NCBI GenBank assembly: GCA_016199265.1
Contig: JACQGX010000284.1
Span: 1-30,253 of the forward strand
Length of the DNA stretch: 30,253 bases
Direction: 5' to 3'
From: Chloroflexota bacterium
GTDB taxonomy: Bacteria; Chloroflexota; UBA11872; UBA12225
Part shown: positions 16,600 to 24,852 of the stretch, one piece after another
Position numbering within the stretch: position 1 is the stretch's first letter
Layout of the letters: every line of letters begins with the position of its first letter
Made by a program: the position numbers and the translations under genes
The notes under the pieces: generated by a model
What the model was told of the DNA's origin: nothing
What the model saw: the letters and a program-made list of their open reading frames with translations, nothing else
The model's database searches: none

Positions 16600-16880
16600 C
16601 TGCCGGTAGGTGTATACGTTTAGGAGTCTTGACGGATCTGCGCCGCGCCATCTGCACCAGGCGTGCCAAGTCGTTGCACGGGAATCCGAGCACGTGGAAG
16701 CCGCGCGGCCCATAGTGCCGCTGGAGCTTTTCCAGCGCACCGTGCTGGGGAGTGTGCCCTCAGTACGACGCAGTATTGACGATCATCACCACTTCGCCCC
16801 GGTACTCGCCCAGCGTCCGCTGCCTCCCCGCTGCATCCAAAAACGGGATGTCATGCACACTCTTCTCCTTCCGCGCTGCC
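16600..16880 (-). pseudogene. Glutathione peroxidase gene remnant. N-terminal ~70 codons are conserved, an in-frame TGA sits at the catalytic Cys/Sec codon, then a frameshift and truncation within ~35 nt of the MFS start.
   Basis: Minus-strand translation V/MHDIPFLDAAGRQRTLGEYRGEVVMIVNTASY*GHTPQHGALEKLQRHYGPRGFHVLGFPCND aligns with the GPx consensus ...GKVLLIVNVASKCGLTPQY...GFEILGFPCNQF. The stop codon falls exactly on the active-site C/U. AAGGAG RBS 9 nt upstream of a GTG. The reading frame breaks after FPCND. Confidence 0.45.
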
Positions 16881-17004
16881 GCCCGGCGCGTCATGCCGGG
16901 TTGACCTGCGCCCGCTCAACCGCGTACGATGGACGCAGTTCGCGAACACCGTTCGTGGGCTGCGGTTGTATTTTCTCAAAGATCGACGAAAAGGAGAGTG
17001 CCAG

Positions 17005-18411
17005 GTGAGCCAAACGGTGATGTCGGTGGGGTTCGCCCCGGCGGCAATCGAGACCAGCGGAAGGCAGCTATCTCGCCGCGCCATGGTTCGGACCAGCAGT
17101 GGCGCCGCGGTTACGGCCGCGGCGGCCGCGGTGATCGCTTCTTGTGCCGGGCCAGAATCCGGTGGCCCAGCGAAGGTGGCCGGCAAGCCGGCCACCATCA
17201 TCTGGGCGGTGCGCGGGGGCGGTACGCCCGAAGGGCGAGAAGCGCTGCTGCAGGAGTACAAACAGGTCCAGCCATTGGCGACGATTGAGCAGTTCGACGC
17301 CAGCGGCGGCATTGCGCCTTCGATCGAAAAGCTCGCCGCCGGTCTTGCGTCAGGGTTGCCGATTGACTTCATCAACGGCCACCTTGCCGCGCGACAGTTG
17401 ATCGAGTCGATCGATCTTGTCCAACCGGTCGACGACCTCGTGAAGCGCGACCGGTTCAACCTCTCCAAGTACAACCAGGCGGCTCTCGAGTCGACCGGCA
17501 AATACGACGGTAAGCTGTACACGCTGCCGTACGCCTACGGCGGTGACGTTGCCGCCGTCGCCTATAACAAAACACTGTTTCGACAGGCCGGCGTGAAGGA
17601 GCCCTCGTCCGACTGGAGCAAGCCGTGGACGTGGGATGAGTTCCGTGAGGCGATGCGACGGCTCACCAAGTCCGAGGGCAGTACGCTGACCCAGGTCGGC
17701 GCGGCCGGATTCGGCTACTGGGTACACACCGCCATCATGCAATGGGGAGCCACGTGGCTCAAACCGGACTACAAGACGGTCGTCTGTGACTCCCAACAGA
17801 CGATCGACGCCTACGCCAAGTACACCGACCTCCTCTTCAAGGACCGCGTGCTGGCGCAGAGCCCGGGCGCCAGTCTCGGCTCCGGCAACGCCTTCCTCAA
17901 CGGCAAGGCCGCCGTCGACATGCCGTGCTGCTACGCCGCGCGCTTCGCCAAGAACACGAAGGGGCCCAACATCGAGTGGGCATTCATCACCATGCCAAAG
18001 GGAACTGTCTCCTCGCTCGACGTGTCGCCGGTGATCATGGGCCTCGCCAAGTCGTCGAAGCAGCGCAACGAGGCATGGGAGTTCCTCAAGTTCCTCGACG
18101 ACAAATCGCGCCTCGCCGCCGTCGAAGACCGGATTCCGGCCGTGATCCCAGACATCATGCCGTGGATCAAGCAGAACTTCGCCGAGTGGCCCGATTCGCG
18201 CGCTGAAATGCTCGCCGAAGGCATGCGCGTCGCCAAGCCGCTCGAGCCGCTGCGCTACCACCCGCAGTGGCAGCGCATCGTGCAGGAAGTGCTCGACCCG
18301 GGCTGGAAAGAGGTGAGAGAGCAAACCAAGACCATGACCGACATGCTTCGCGCCTCCAAGCCACTCATCCAGAATATCGTCGACGAGCACGCCCGGAGCC
18401 GGCGCAAGTAA
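17005..18411 (+). CDS. ABC transporter substrate-binding lipoprotein (family-1 extracellular solute-binding protein, carbohydrate type). GTG start.
   Basis: AAGGAGAG RBS 6 nt before GTG. Tat-like RR motif plus lipobox IASCAG. About 470 aa with SBP_bac_1-like organisation. No adjacent permease or ATPase genes. Confidence 0.8.
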   Translation: MSQTVMSVGFAPAAIETSGRQLSRRAMVRTSSGAAVTAAAAAVIASCAGPESGGPAKVAGKPATIIWAVRGGGTPEGREALLQEYKQVQPLATIEQFDASGGIAPSIEKLAAGLASGLPIDFINGHLAARQLIESIDLVQPVDDLVKRDRFNLSKYNQAALESTGKYDGKLYTLPYAYGGDVAAVAYNKTLFRQAGVKEPSSDWSKPWTWDEFREAMRRLTKSEGSTLTQVGAAGFGYWVHTAIMQWGATWLKPDYKTVVCDSQQTIDAYAKYTDLLFKDRVLAQSPGASLGSGNAFLNGKAAVDMPCCYAARFAKNTKGPNIEWAFITMPKGTVSSLDVSPVIMGLAKSSKQRNEAWEFLKFLDDKSRLAAVEDRIPAVIPDIMPWIKQNFAEWPDSRAEMLAEGMRVAKPLEPLRYHPQWQRIVQEVLDPGWKEVREQTKTMTDMLRASKPLIQNIVDEHARSRRK

Positions 18412-18664
18412 CGCCATCAATCACCACCAGCTCACGCGGGAACACCCAAACCGAAGAGGAGATCGGTCCTATTGAAGAGGCCCGGCGAGAAATGTGGTCG
18501 AATTTCCCGCGCGAGGACAGTGCATGATCACGGCCATCGCCGACACACACACCGCTCTGTGGCAAATTTCGGCGACCAGCGTCTGTCGCGGAGGGCCAAG
18601 CGTCACATCGACGGGGTTCTGCAGCCAATGACCAGGACAGCTTCTGCTGGTCGCCCGTCGTTGG

Positions 18665-19732
18665 TCATTCGTCTTCCAGCAGTTCGTCCGGCGGCACCTT
18701 TACCCTGACCTGGACCGGCCGGCCGTCGCGCTCGACTTCGACCGTCTCTTCGATTGGATAGTCCTCGTCGGTCAGCTCGTCTTCGTGGCGCTCGCAGAAC
18801 GTCACCAGCGCCTCGATCGCCAGCGCCGCGCGCCCGGCCTCGTCTTCGTTGATGTCGCCGGGCGGTGCGTCGCCACCCATCGCGCCGAACGTCGGCACGA
18901 CGGTGGTCCGGCGCGGCCAGCCGTTCTTGGCGAGCTGGTCGCGGTACTCCGGGACGACGTCGCTCCGCCGGTCGAAGCTGATCAGTATGGTGCGGTGGCG
19001 CAGCGCCTCCAGGATCTCATCTGCTTCTTCGTCATCCGGCGGCGGTAGTGGCGTGCCGGGTGGCCCGACCACCTCCTCTCCCACCTCGACGAACCGCTCG
19101 AGGTCGTCGAGCGAGCCGTACAGCGCGATGCCGAGCACTTCTCGATTGGCGCCCAAAACGGAGGCGTAGAGGGGCGGCTCGTCCTGCGGGACGAGCTCGA
19201 GCGGCGGATAGTCATGGACGTACTGCCACGGCTTGGCGCGCCAGAGCCGGGCGCATGCTTTGCAGAGCGCCGCGATCGCGGGATCGGGAAGGTCGAGCGT
19301 CGGATGTCGCTGCTGCTCGTAGTGCTCGAAGAACGAGCGGAACAGCTCGTCGAATTCGTCGAACGGCTCGGTCAGCTCGAATGCGATGCGTGGGTCGTCG
19401 AGCAGGAGGCGTACCTCGCGTGCGAGCGCCTCGTCGAAGAGCACCAGCTTCCCCGGCAGCTCCTCCCGTGGCCCAAACGGTGGTGGTCCCGCTTCGACGA
19501 GGGCGTGGACGAGCGTCTGTGCGCGCTCGCCGGGCTTCCCTACCATCATGCCCCAGATCAGGCCCGTATCGGGCTGCGCCCAGATCGCCACGTCGGGGTG
19601 GTAGAGACGACCATCGTCGTCGCGCACCTGCATCGGTCCTGTGCGCACGTCGCCGATGAGCGTCAGCGACCGGTTAACCGGCAGACGACTCCGAGATGAA
19701 TCGGCCGTGCGCCCTTTCTTCCGTGAGGCCAT
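18665..19732 (-). CDS. Hypothetical acidic protein (355 aa), no recognisable domain. Start at the internal ATG (MASRKKGRT...); the track ORF extends further, to 19954.
   Basis: GAGGAGGG RBS 4-5 nt upstream of ATG 19732. Coding-like composition. C-terminal acidic tail DELLEDE. Divergent from csoR. Confidence 0.55.
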   Translation of the reverse strand: MASRKKGRTADSSRSRLPVNRSLTLIGDVRTGPMQVRDDDGRLYHPDVAIWAQPDTGLIWGMMVGKPGERAQTLVHALVEAGPPPFGPREELPGKLVLFDEALAREVRLLLDDPRIAFELTEPFDEFDELFRSFFEHYEQQRHPTLDLPDPAIAALCKACARLWRAKPWQYVHDYPPLELVPQDEPPLYASVLGANREVLGIALYGSLDDLERFVEVGEEVVGPPGTPLPPPDDEEADEILEALRHRTILISFDRRSDVVPEYRDQLAKNGWPRRTTVVPTFGAMGGDAPPGDINEDEAGRAALAIEALVTFCERHEDELTDEDYPIEETVEVERDGRPVQVRVKVPPDELLEDE

Positions 19733-19828
19733 CGCGCCCTCCTCATGCTTAGCATGCTGGATAGGACGCGGTTCGCGCAACCCGGCCCGTTGACCGAACC
19801 CGGTGCGCGGTGTGCTATAGTCAACGTG

Positions 19829-19858
19829 CGAGGCACCCCTCCCCCCGGGGGGAGGGGT
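19829..19858. promoter_or_regulatory. 30-bp perfect palindrome GGCACCCCTCCCCCC/GGGGGGAGGGGTGCC between divergent genes, immediately upstream of csoR. Candidate CsoR operator, overlapping a TGCTATAGT extended -10-like element.
   Basis: Known CsoR operators are GC-rich pseudo-palindromes with a C-tract/G-tract core. This one sits about 20 nt upstream of the csoR start and 10 nt downstream of TATAGT. Confidence 0.5.
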
Positions 19859-19877
19859 GCCCACGAGAGGGAGCCAT

Positions 19878-20174
19878 ATGCCATCGGCGCAGGGACGAAC
19901 GCAGATTGTGAATCGGTTGAAGAGCGTCGACGGCCATCTGCGCGGCGTGATCAAGATGGTCGAAGAAGACGCTTACTGCATCGACGTGATCCAGCAGTTG
20001 CGCGCCGTCCAGGCCGCGATCAATAGGGTCAACGCACTGCTCTTGGCCGACCACCTCGACACGTGCGTCACGACCGCGATCCGAAGCGACGAGCCGACCG
20101 AGCGCGAGCGTGTCATCGGCGAACTGCTCCGCGTCTTCGAACACGGTGCCGATGCAGCAGGCAGCAGGCAGTAG
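19878..20174 (+). CDS. csoR: CsoR/RcnR-family copper-sensing transcriptional repressor
   Basis: [43 protein letters not shown] matches the CsoR core, including the YC...H...C metal ligands (C..., H..., C in DTC). GAGAGGGAG RBS. Located directly upstream of copA. Confidence 0.85.
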   Translation: MPSAQGRTQIVNRLKSVDGHLRGVIKMVEEDAYCIDVIQQLRAVQAAINRVNALLLADHLDTCVTTAIRSDEPTERERVIGELLRVFEHGADAAGSRQ

Positions 20175-20188
20175 GCAGCAGGCAGCGG
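20154..20188 (+). repeat. Tandem heptamer array GCAGCAG GCAGCAG GCAGTAG GCAGCAG GCAGCGG spanning the csoR stop codon and the copA start region.
   Basis: Read directly. The csoR TAG stop is the TAG inside the third unit. Confidence 0.85.
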
Positions 20189-20196
20189 CACGCGAC

Positions 20197-22860
20197 ATGA
20201 AGACACTCGATCACGCGGCACAGATGAACACCGCGACGGATACGGGCCAGCGCCAGACCGGCGCGAACGGCGCCGCCGAGCGTACAGCAGTCAGCGGCAG
20301 CGCCGCGCCGCCGGCGGCCGCCGAGCTTACCTTCCCCGTCACCGGCATGACGTGCGCCTCGTGCGTCCGGCGCATCGAACGCTCGCTCTCCAAGGTCGAA
20401 GGCGTTGTCGAGGCCAACGTGAACCTCGCCACCGAGCAGGCGACGGTTCGTTACGATCCCAGCGCCCCGACGCTCGCCGAGGCGCCGCCGATGGCCGTCT
20501 TCCGCGCCGCCGTCGAGCGCGCAGGATACGGCGTCCGTGAGACCGAGCCGGCCTCGCCCGCAGCGGGGGCGGCCATGATCGAAAGCTCGGAAGCGCGCGC
20601 GGCCGCGGACGAGCGGCGTGAGACCAGGACGGTGTTGGCCAAGACCGGCCTCTCGCTTGGCGTCGCCGCGATCATCATGGGGCTGATGTTTTTGCCGGCT
20701 CGCCTGATCGGCGTGCCGGCACTGCCGTGGAGCATGGAGCTGCTCAACTGGCTGTTCTTGGTCCTGGCGACGCCGGTGCAGTTCTGGGCCGGTTGGGATT
20801 TCTACCGCGCGACGTGGGCGGCCGCGAAACACGGCGCGACGAATATGAACACGCTCGTCGCCGTCGGCACGAGCGCCGCCTACGTCTACAGCGCCTTCGC
20901 CACATTCTTTCCGCAGGTGCTGGCCGGTGCCGGGATCATGCCCGAGACGTACTTCGACAGCTCGACGATCATCGTCGGCTTGATCCTGCTCGGTCGCTAC
21001 CTCGAGCATCGCGCGCGCGGCCAGACGAGCGCCGCGATCAAGAAGCTGATCGGGCTGCAACCCAAGACGGCCCAGGTGATCCGCAACGGCGAAGAACACG
21101 ACGTGCCGGTCGAAATGGTACAGATCGAGGACATTGTCCGCGTGCGCCCGGGCGAGAAGATCCCCGTCGACGGCGTCGTGCTCGAGGGCCGCTCGGCGGT
21201 CGACGAGAGTATGCTGACCGGCGAAAGCCTGCCGGTAGAGAAGGGGCCGGGCGATCAGGTGATCGGCGCCACGCTCAACGCCACCGGTGCGTTCACGTTC
21301 CGCGCGACACGCGTCGGTACCGACACGACGCTCGCGCAGATCGTGAAGCTGGTGCAGGAGGCGCAGGGCTCCAAAGCACCGATCCAGCGCCTCGCCGACC
21401 TGATCTCGTCGTACTTCGTACCGGTCGTTCTCGTCGTGTCCGCGTTCACGTTCGGCGTCTGGTACGTTTTCGGTCCGGAGCCGCAAGTCACCTTCGCGCT
21501 CACCACCTTCATCGCCGTCCTTATCATCGCCTGCCCGTGCGCGATGGGCCTGGCGACGCCCACCGCCATCATGGTCGGCACCGGCCAGGGCGCCGAGCAC
21601 GGCATCCTCATCCGCGGCGGCGAGGCGCTCGAGCAGGCGCACAAGGTGCGCGCGATCGTCCTCGACAAGACGGGGACGCTGACGCAGGGCAAACCGGCGC
21701 TGACGGACGTCAACTCAGTCCAAAGTCCAAAGTCCAAAGTCCAAAGTAATGGGCCATCCGGCTGGGGACTGGGGACCGGGGACCGGGGACTGCTGCGCCT
21801 CGTCGCCGCTGCCGAGCGGAACTCGGAGCATCCGGTGGCGGCGGCGATTGTGGAGGGGGCGCGGGCGCGCGGCGTCGAGCTTGTGGAGGCGGAACGATTC
21901 GAGTCGGTGACGGGGCGGGGCGTGGCTGCCGTCGTCGATGGGCATTTCGTGCTCGCGGGCAACCAGGCGCTCCTGGCCGATTACAGCGTCTCACTCGACG
22001 GGCTTGAGACGCAGGTAGCGGCGCTCGCACGGGAGGGCAAGACGCCGATCTACGTCGCCGTTGACGGCGCGGCGGCGGGCGTGCTGGCGGTCGCCGATAC
22101 GCTCAAGCCGACGTCGCCGCAGGCGGTGGCGCAGCTCGAAGCGCTCGGGCTCGAGGTCTGGATGCTCACCGGCGATAACCGGGCGACCGCCGAGGCGATC
22201 GCGCGGCAGGCCGGGATCGTACCCGAGCGCGTGCTCGCCGAGGTACTGCCCGATCAGAAGGCGGCGCAGGTCAAGGCGCTCCAAGCGCGCGGCCTGCCGA
22301 CCGCCATGGTCGGCGACGGCATCAACGACGCGCCGGCGCTGGCGCAGGCCGATCTGGGGATCGCCATCGGCACGGGGACGGATGTCGCCATGGAGGCGTC
22401 CGATGTCACGCTCGTCGGCGGCGATCTGCGGGGCGTCGTCGCGGCGATCGCCCTGTCGCGCCGGACGATCGACGTCATCCGCCAGAACCTGTTCTGGGCG
22501 TTCGCCTACAACGTCCTGCTCATCCCCGTCGCGATGGGCGCGCTCTACCCGTTTTTTGGCATGCTGCTGAACCCGGGATTGGCGGCCGGCGCGATGGCGC
22601 TCTCGAGCGTGTCGGTCGTTACCAACTCGCTCCGGCTCCGTGGCTTCCGGGTGCCGGATGATCCGCGCGATATTACACACCCACCGCTCGGCGCCCGCCT
22701 GCGCGAGTGGAGCTATCTCGCCGGAATCGCGGCCATCGCGCTCGCGCTCGGCGCGGCCATCATGTGGTGGTCGGCCGGCCGCGGCCCGGCGGACCAGGGC
22801 GAGCAGCAAATGGCGACAACTCAGGCCGATTCAACGCAACACAAAGGAGGCACACAATGA
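20197..22860 (+). CDS. copA: Copper-translocating P1B-type ATPase. Track ORF starts at GTG 20110; an ATG at 20152 is also possible.
   Basis: N-terminal HMA domain [13 protein letters not shown] motif [20 protein letters not shown] phosphorylation site. GDGINDAP hinge. Contains a 26-aa in-frame heptamer-repeat insertion after [16 protein letters not shown]. Confidence 0.95.
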   Translation: MKTLDHAAQMNTATDTGQRQTGANGAAERTAVSGSAAPPAAAELTFPVTGMTCASCVRRIERSLSKVEGVVEANVNLATEQATVRYDPSAPTLAEAPPMAVFRAAVERAGYGVRETEPASPAAGAAMIESSEARAAADERRETRTVLAKTGLSLGVAAIIMGLMFLPARLIGVPALPWSMELLNWLFLVLATPVQFWAGWDFYRATWAAAKHGATNMNTLVAVGTSAAYVYSAFATFFPQVLAGAGIMPETYFDSSTIIVGLILLGRYLEHRARGQTSAAIKKLIGLQPKTAQVIRNGEEHDVPVEMVQIEDIVRVRPGEKIPVDGVVLEGRSAVDESMLTGESLPVEKGPGDQVIGATLNATGAFTFRATRVGTDTTLAQIVKLVQEAQGSKAPIQRLADLISSYFVPVVLVVSAFTFGVWYVFGPEPQVTFALTTFIAVLIIACPCAMGLATPTAIMVGTGQGAEHGILIRGGEALEQAHKVRAIVLDKTGTLTQGKPALTDVNSVQSPKSKVQSNGPSGWGLGTGDRGLLRLVAAAERNSEHPVAAAIVEGARARGVELVEAERFESVTGRGVAAVVDGHFVLAGNQALLADYSVSLDGLETQVAALAREGKTPIYVAVDGAAAGVLAVADTLKPTSPQAVAQLEALGLEVWMLTGDNRATAEAIARQAGIVPERVLAEVLPDQKAAQVKALQARGLPTAMVGDGINDAPALAQADLGIAIGTGTDVAMEASDVTLVGGDLRGVVAAIALSRRTIDVIRQNLFWAFAYNVLLIPVAMGALYPFFGMLLNPGLAAGAMALSSVSVVTNSLRLRGFRVPDDPRDITHPPLGARLREWSYLAGIAAIALALGAAIMWWSAGRGPADQGEQQMATTQADSTQHKGGTQ
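21718..21791 (+). repeat. Two adjacent tandem heptamer arrays inside the copA coding sequence: (GTCCAAA)x4 then (GGGGACY)x4. In-frame; encodes [25 protein letters not shown].
   Basis: Located right after the [16 protein letters not shown] phosphorylation loop. The equivalent linker in characterised CopA proteins is about 15 aa shorter. Confidence 0.85.
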
Positions 22861-23078
22861 GCAAGGTGGTTCTAGACGTTCCCGAGATCTCGTGCGCGCA
22901 CTGCTCGCAGGCGATCACGCAGGCGCTGCAGCCGCAGGCAGGCGTCGAGAAGGTACGAGTCGACGTGCCGAGCCGGAAGGTCTATCTCGACTACGACGAG
23001 AACACGATCTCCATCGACAAGGTGAAGGCGCTCCTCGCCGAGGAGGAGTATCCCGTCGCCAACATCAGCAACGCCTAA
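22857..23078 (+). CDS. copZ: Copper chaperone, heavy-metal-associated (HMA) domain protein (73 aa).
   Basis: ATGA start/stop overlap with copA. AAAGGAGG RBS. Metal-binding motif [11 protein letters not shown]. Strong hairpin terminator follows. Confidence 0.8.
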   Translation: MSKVVLDVPEISCAHCSQAITQALQPQAGVEKVRVDVPSRKVYLDYDENTISIDKVKALLAEEEYPVANISNA

Positions 23079-23105
23079 GGGCGAGTGCGGTAGGTCCGTC
23101 GCATC

Positions 23106-23160
23106 GCCGGGGGGAGCCACGGATTTCCGTGGCTCCCCCCGGCGTCTTGATTCTGACTTC
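23106..23160 (+). terminator. Rho-independent terminator after copZ. Stem GCCGGGGGGAGCCACGG, loop ATTT, CCGTGGCTCCCCCCGGC, then GTCTTGATTCTGACTTC.
   Basis: 17-bp perfect stem, tetraloop, T-rich tail. Confidence 0.8.
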
Positions 23161-23250
23161 TCCAGCCCAGCCATTGCGTGCGGCAGCCGCCGCGCCCTAT
23201 AATCTAGACGCAATTTGTTGTTGCTATTCATTCGCAATAGGGAGAAGGGA

Positions 23251-23442
23251 ATGGTCGCGAACTTCGCAACACGTACCGCCACCCGTACCGCCACGATCAG
23301 CATCAATCTCACCATTCAGGCCGTCGTCTTCCTCGCGATCGCCGGCCTGGTGCTCTGGACGATGCTGTTCACGCCGTACGCCAACGTACACGATGCGCTG
23401 CACGCGCTGCGTCACGCGCTCTACATCATCCCGTGCCATTAG
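23251..23442 (+). CDS. CbtB-like small membrane protein (single TM, C-terminal His/Cys metal-binding tail HDALHALRHALYIIPCH).
   Basis: AGGGAGAAGGGA RBS. One TM helix. C-terminal HDxxHxxRH....PCH resembles the CbtB family terminus. 63 aa. Confidence 0.45.
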   Translation: MVANFATRTATRTATISINLTIQAVVFLAIAGLVLWTMLFTPYANVHDALHALRHALYIIPCH

Positions 23443-23443
23443 G

Positions 23444-23478
23444 GCAGTAGGCAGTAAGCAGTAGCCGGTGGGCAGTTG
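23444..23478 (+). repeat. Tandem heptamer array GCAGTAG GCAGTAA GCAGTAG CCGGTGG GCAGTTG, starting 2 nt after the cbtB-like stop codon. Same GCAGYAG family as 20154-20188.
   Basis: Read directly. Confidence 0.8.
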
Positions 23479-23613
23479 GGCGCTGTCTCGACTAGGGCGC
23501 GTACGCGCGCTTGGCGGAGGGTCAAGCGCGTGCGCCGGACGCGGCTTGTAGGCGTGTGCAGCGCCGGCTGACGCACCGGCTCAGAAGAGAAGAATTACGG
23601 AAGTGGAGGACCG

Positions 23614-24189
23614 ATGATGCGTCCTATGGGATTCGTGCGCCTGCCGCTCGTGCTGGGCGTGGCGCTGTTGCTGCTGTTGATAGGCAGCGTGGTTGCGTTC
23701 GGTCAGGGCGCAGCCGGAGCCGGCGGCACGATCACGCTGTCGACCAGGCCGGAGGCACACGAGATCGTGCCCGACGAGGTGGAGGCGCCGACGAGGTTCA
23801 TTGTCGAGGCTCGCGGGCCACAGGGACCGCTGCGCAATGCGTACATCGACGTCGAGATGACCGCGCCGACCAGCGGCGCACTCGCATCGACCGATATTCC
23901 GGCGATCGAGAGCACGACGCTGATGAAGAGTCGCTTCGGCGCACCCGACGGCCGGCTCGAGTTCGATTACGTGGTGCCGATCCGCGGTACGTACAAGGTG
24001 AAGGTGCAGGCAATCCCGGCGCCGGGTGCGACATTCCAGCCGATCGCCAAGGAATTCGATCTGATGGTCAGCGAGCGGCAATCGGAGGTCGTCAACTTCT
24101 ACGCATTGATTGCCGGACTGTTCGTGGTCGGCTTGGCGGCCGGCGCCGTGCTCGGCTACGCCAACCGGGGAAGCCGCGCCGCCGTCTAG
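23614..24189 (+). CDS. Bitopic membrane-anchored extracytoplasmic protein (N-terminal signal/anchor, roughly 130-aa beta-rich domain, C-terminal TM). Unknown function.
   Basis: GGAAGTGGAGGA RBS. Signal peptide. C-terminal TM LIAGLFVVGLAAGAVLGY. Paralogous organisation to the next gene. Confidence 0.5.
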   Translation: MMRPMGFVRLPLVLGVALLLLLIGSVVAFGQGAAGAGGTITLSTRPEAHEIVPDEVEAPTRFIVEARGPQGPLRNAYIDVEMTAPTSGALASTDIPAIESTTLMKSRFGAPDGRLEFDYVVPIRGTYKVKVQAIPAPGATFQPIAKEFDLMVSERQSEVVNFYALIAGLFVVGLAAGAVLGYANRGSRAAV

Positions 24190-24207
24190 CGTGAGGAGAA
24201 ACGTGCA

Positions 24208-24831
24208 ATGAAACGGAACCCACTTGCCTGGGCGATTGCCGGTGTTGCGGCGATCGCCGCCATCGCCCTCCTCGTCGTCGCCGTGATCGGCGAGGGCGAG
24301 CGTTACGGCGGCCACGGCGAAGAAGAGCATGCGCCGCAGGCGGCCCCGCAGCGCGAAGTGACGAATGGCGGGTACAAGCTGTCGATCACTCTTACACCCG
24401 ACGCCGGTAAAGTCGGCGAGGTCGTCACCATCGTCGGCCGGGTCGCCGACGCCAGCGGGAACATGGTGCGCAACGTGCGCTTCGAGCTCACCAGCCACCA
24501 CCTCGAGGACGATGTCGAGGTGTTCAAGACCACGTTCGTCGCACCGGACGGCGTGTTCAATTGGGGCAACCAGTTCTGGGATGGCACAGAGCACGAGATT
24601 CGCATCACCGCCAGCCCCGGGCCCGAAGCGTCGGCCCAATTCGCGCCGCTGACGCTCCGGCGCATCGTCGAGGTCGAGGCGGTGCCACCGTCGGTCGGCG
24701 TACAGGTGCGCGCGATGTTGTGGCTCCTGTTACCGGTCGCGCTCGGTCTCGCCGCCGGCATACCGCTCGGGCTGCGGGCACCGCGCCGGGCGACCACGTT
24801 CGAGCGCACTCCGGCAGCGGCACACGCGTAA
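24208..24831 (+). CDS. Bitopic membrane-anchored extracytoplasmic protein with His-rich segments (HGEEEH, SHH). Paralog-like to 23614..24189. Possible metal-binding periplasmic domain.
   Basis: N-terminal TM, central domain sharing the motif FVAPDG / FGAPDG with the previous protein, C-terminal TM. Position downstream of copZ and the cbtB-like gene. Confidence 0.5.
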   Translation: MKRNPLAWAIAGVAAIAAIALLVVAVIGEGERYGGHGEEEHAPQAAPQREVTNGGYKLSITLTPDAGKVGEVVTIVGRVADASGNMVRNVRFELTSHHLEDDVEVFKTTFVAPDGVFNWGNQFWDGTEHEIRITASPGPEASAQFAPLTLRRIVEVEAVPPSVGVQVRAMLWLLLPVALGLAAGIPLGLRAPRRATTFERTPAAAHA

Positions 24832-24852
24832 TAGCTCCCACCGCGCGACGGC

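Noticed and set aside
16600-16880. Calling the GPx fragment an intact selenoprotein gene.
   Set aside because: The frame breaks right after the FPCND motif. The ORF is cut off about 35 nt from the MFS start. Roughly 90 C-terminal codons are missing. It is reported as a pseudogene with the TGA noted.
16610-17008. ORF 16610..17008 (+), 132 aa, upstream of the sugar-binding protein.
   Set aside because: It is antisense to the recognisable GPx remnant, has no RBS and a non-protein-like composition.
20113-21642. Long antisense ORFs (for example 20113..21642 -, 4210..5055 -, 13763..14425 -, 25828..26961 -, 2431..3531 -) reported by the six-frame track.
   Set aside because: They are shadow ORFs on the strand opposite well-supported genes in a high-GC genome. 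The translations are Arg/Pro/Ala-rich low-complexity sequences with no motifs.
21718-21791. Whether the short-period tandem repeats could be a CRISPR array.
   Set aside because: The period is 7 nt with no spacers, and the arrays lie inside genes or at stop codons. Not CRISPR.
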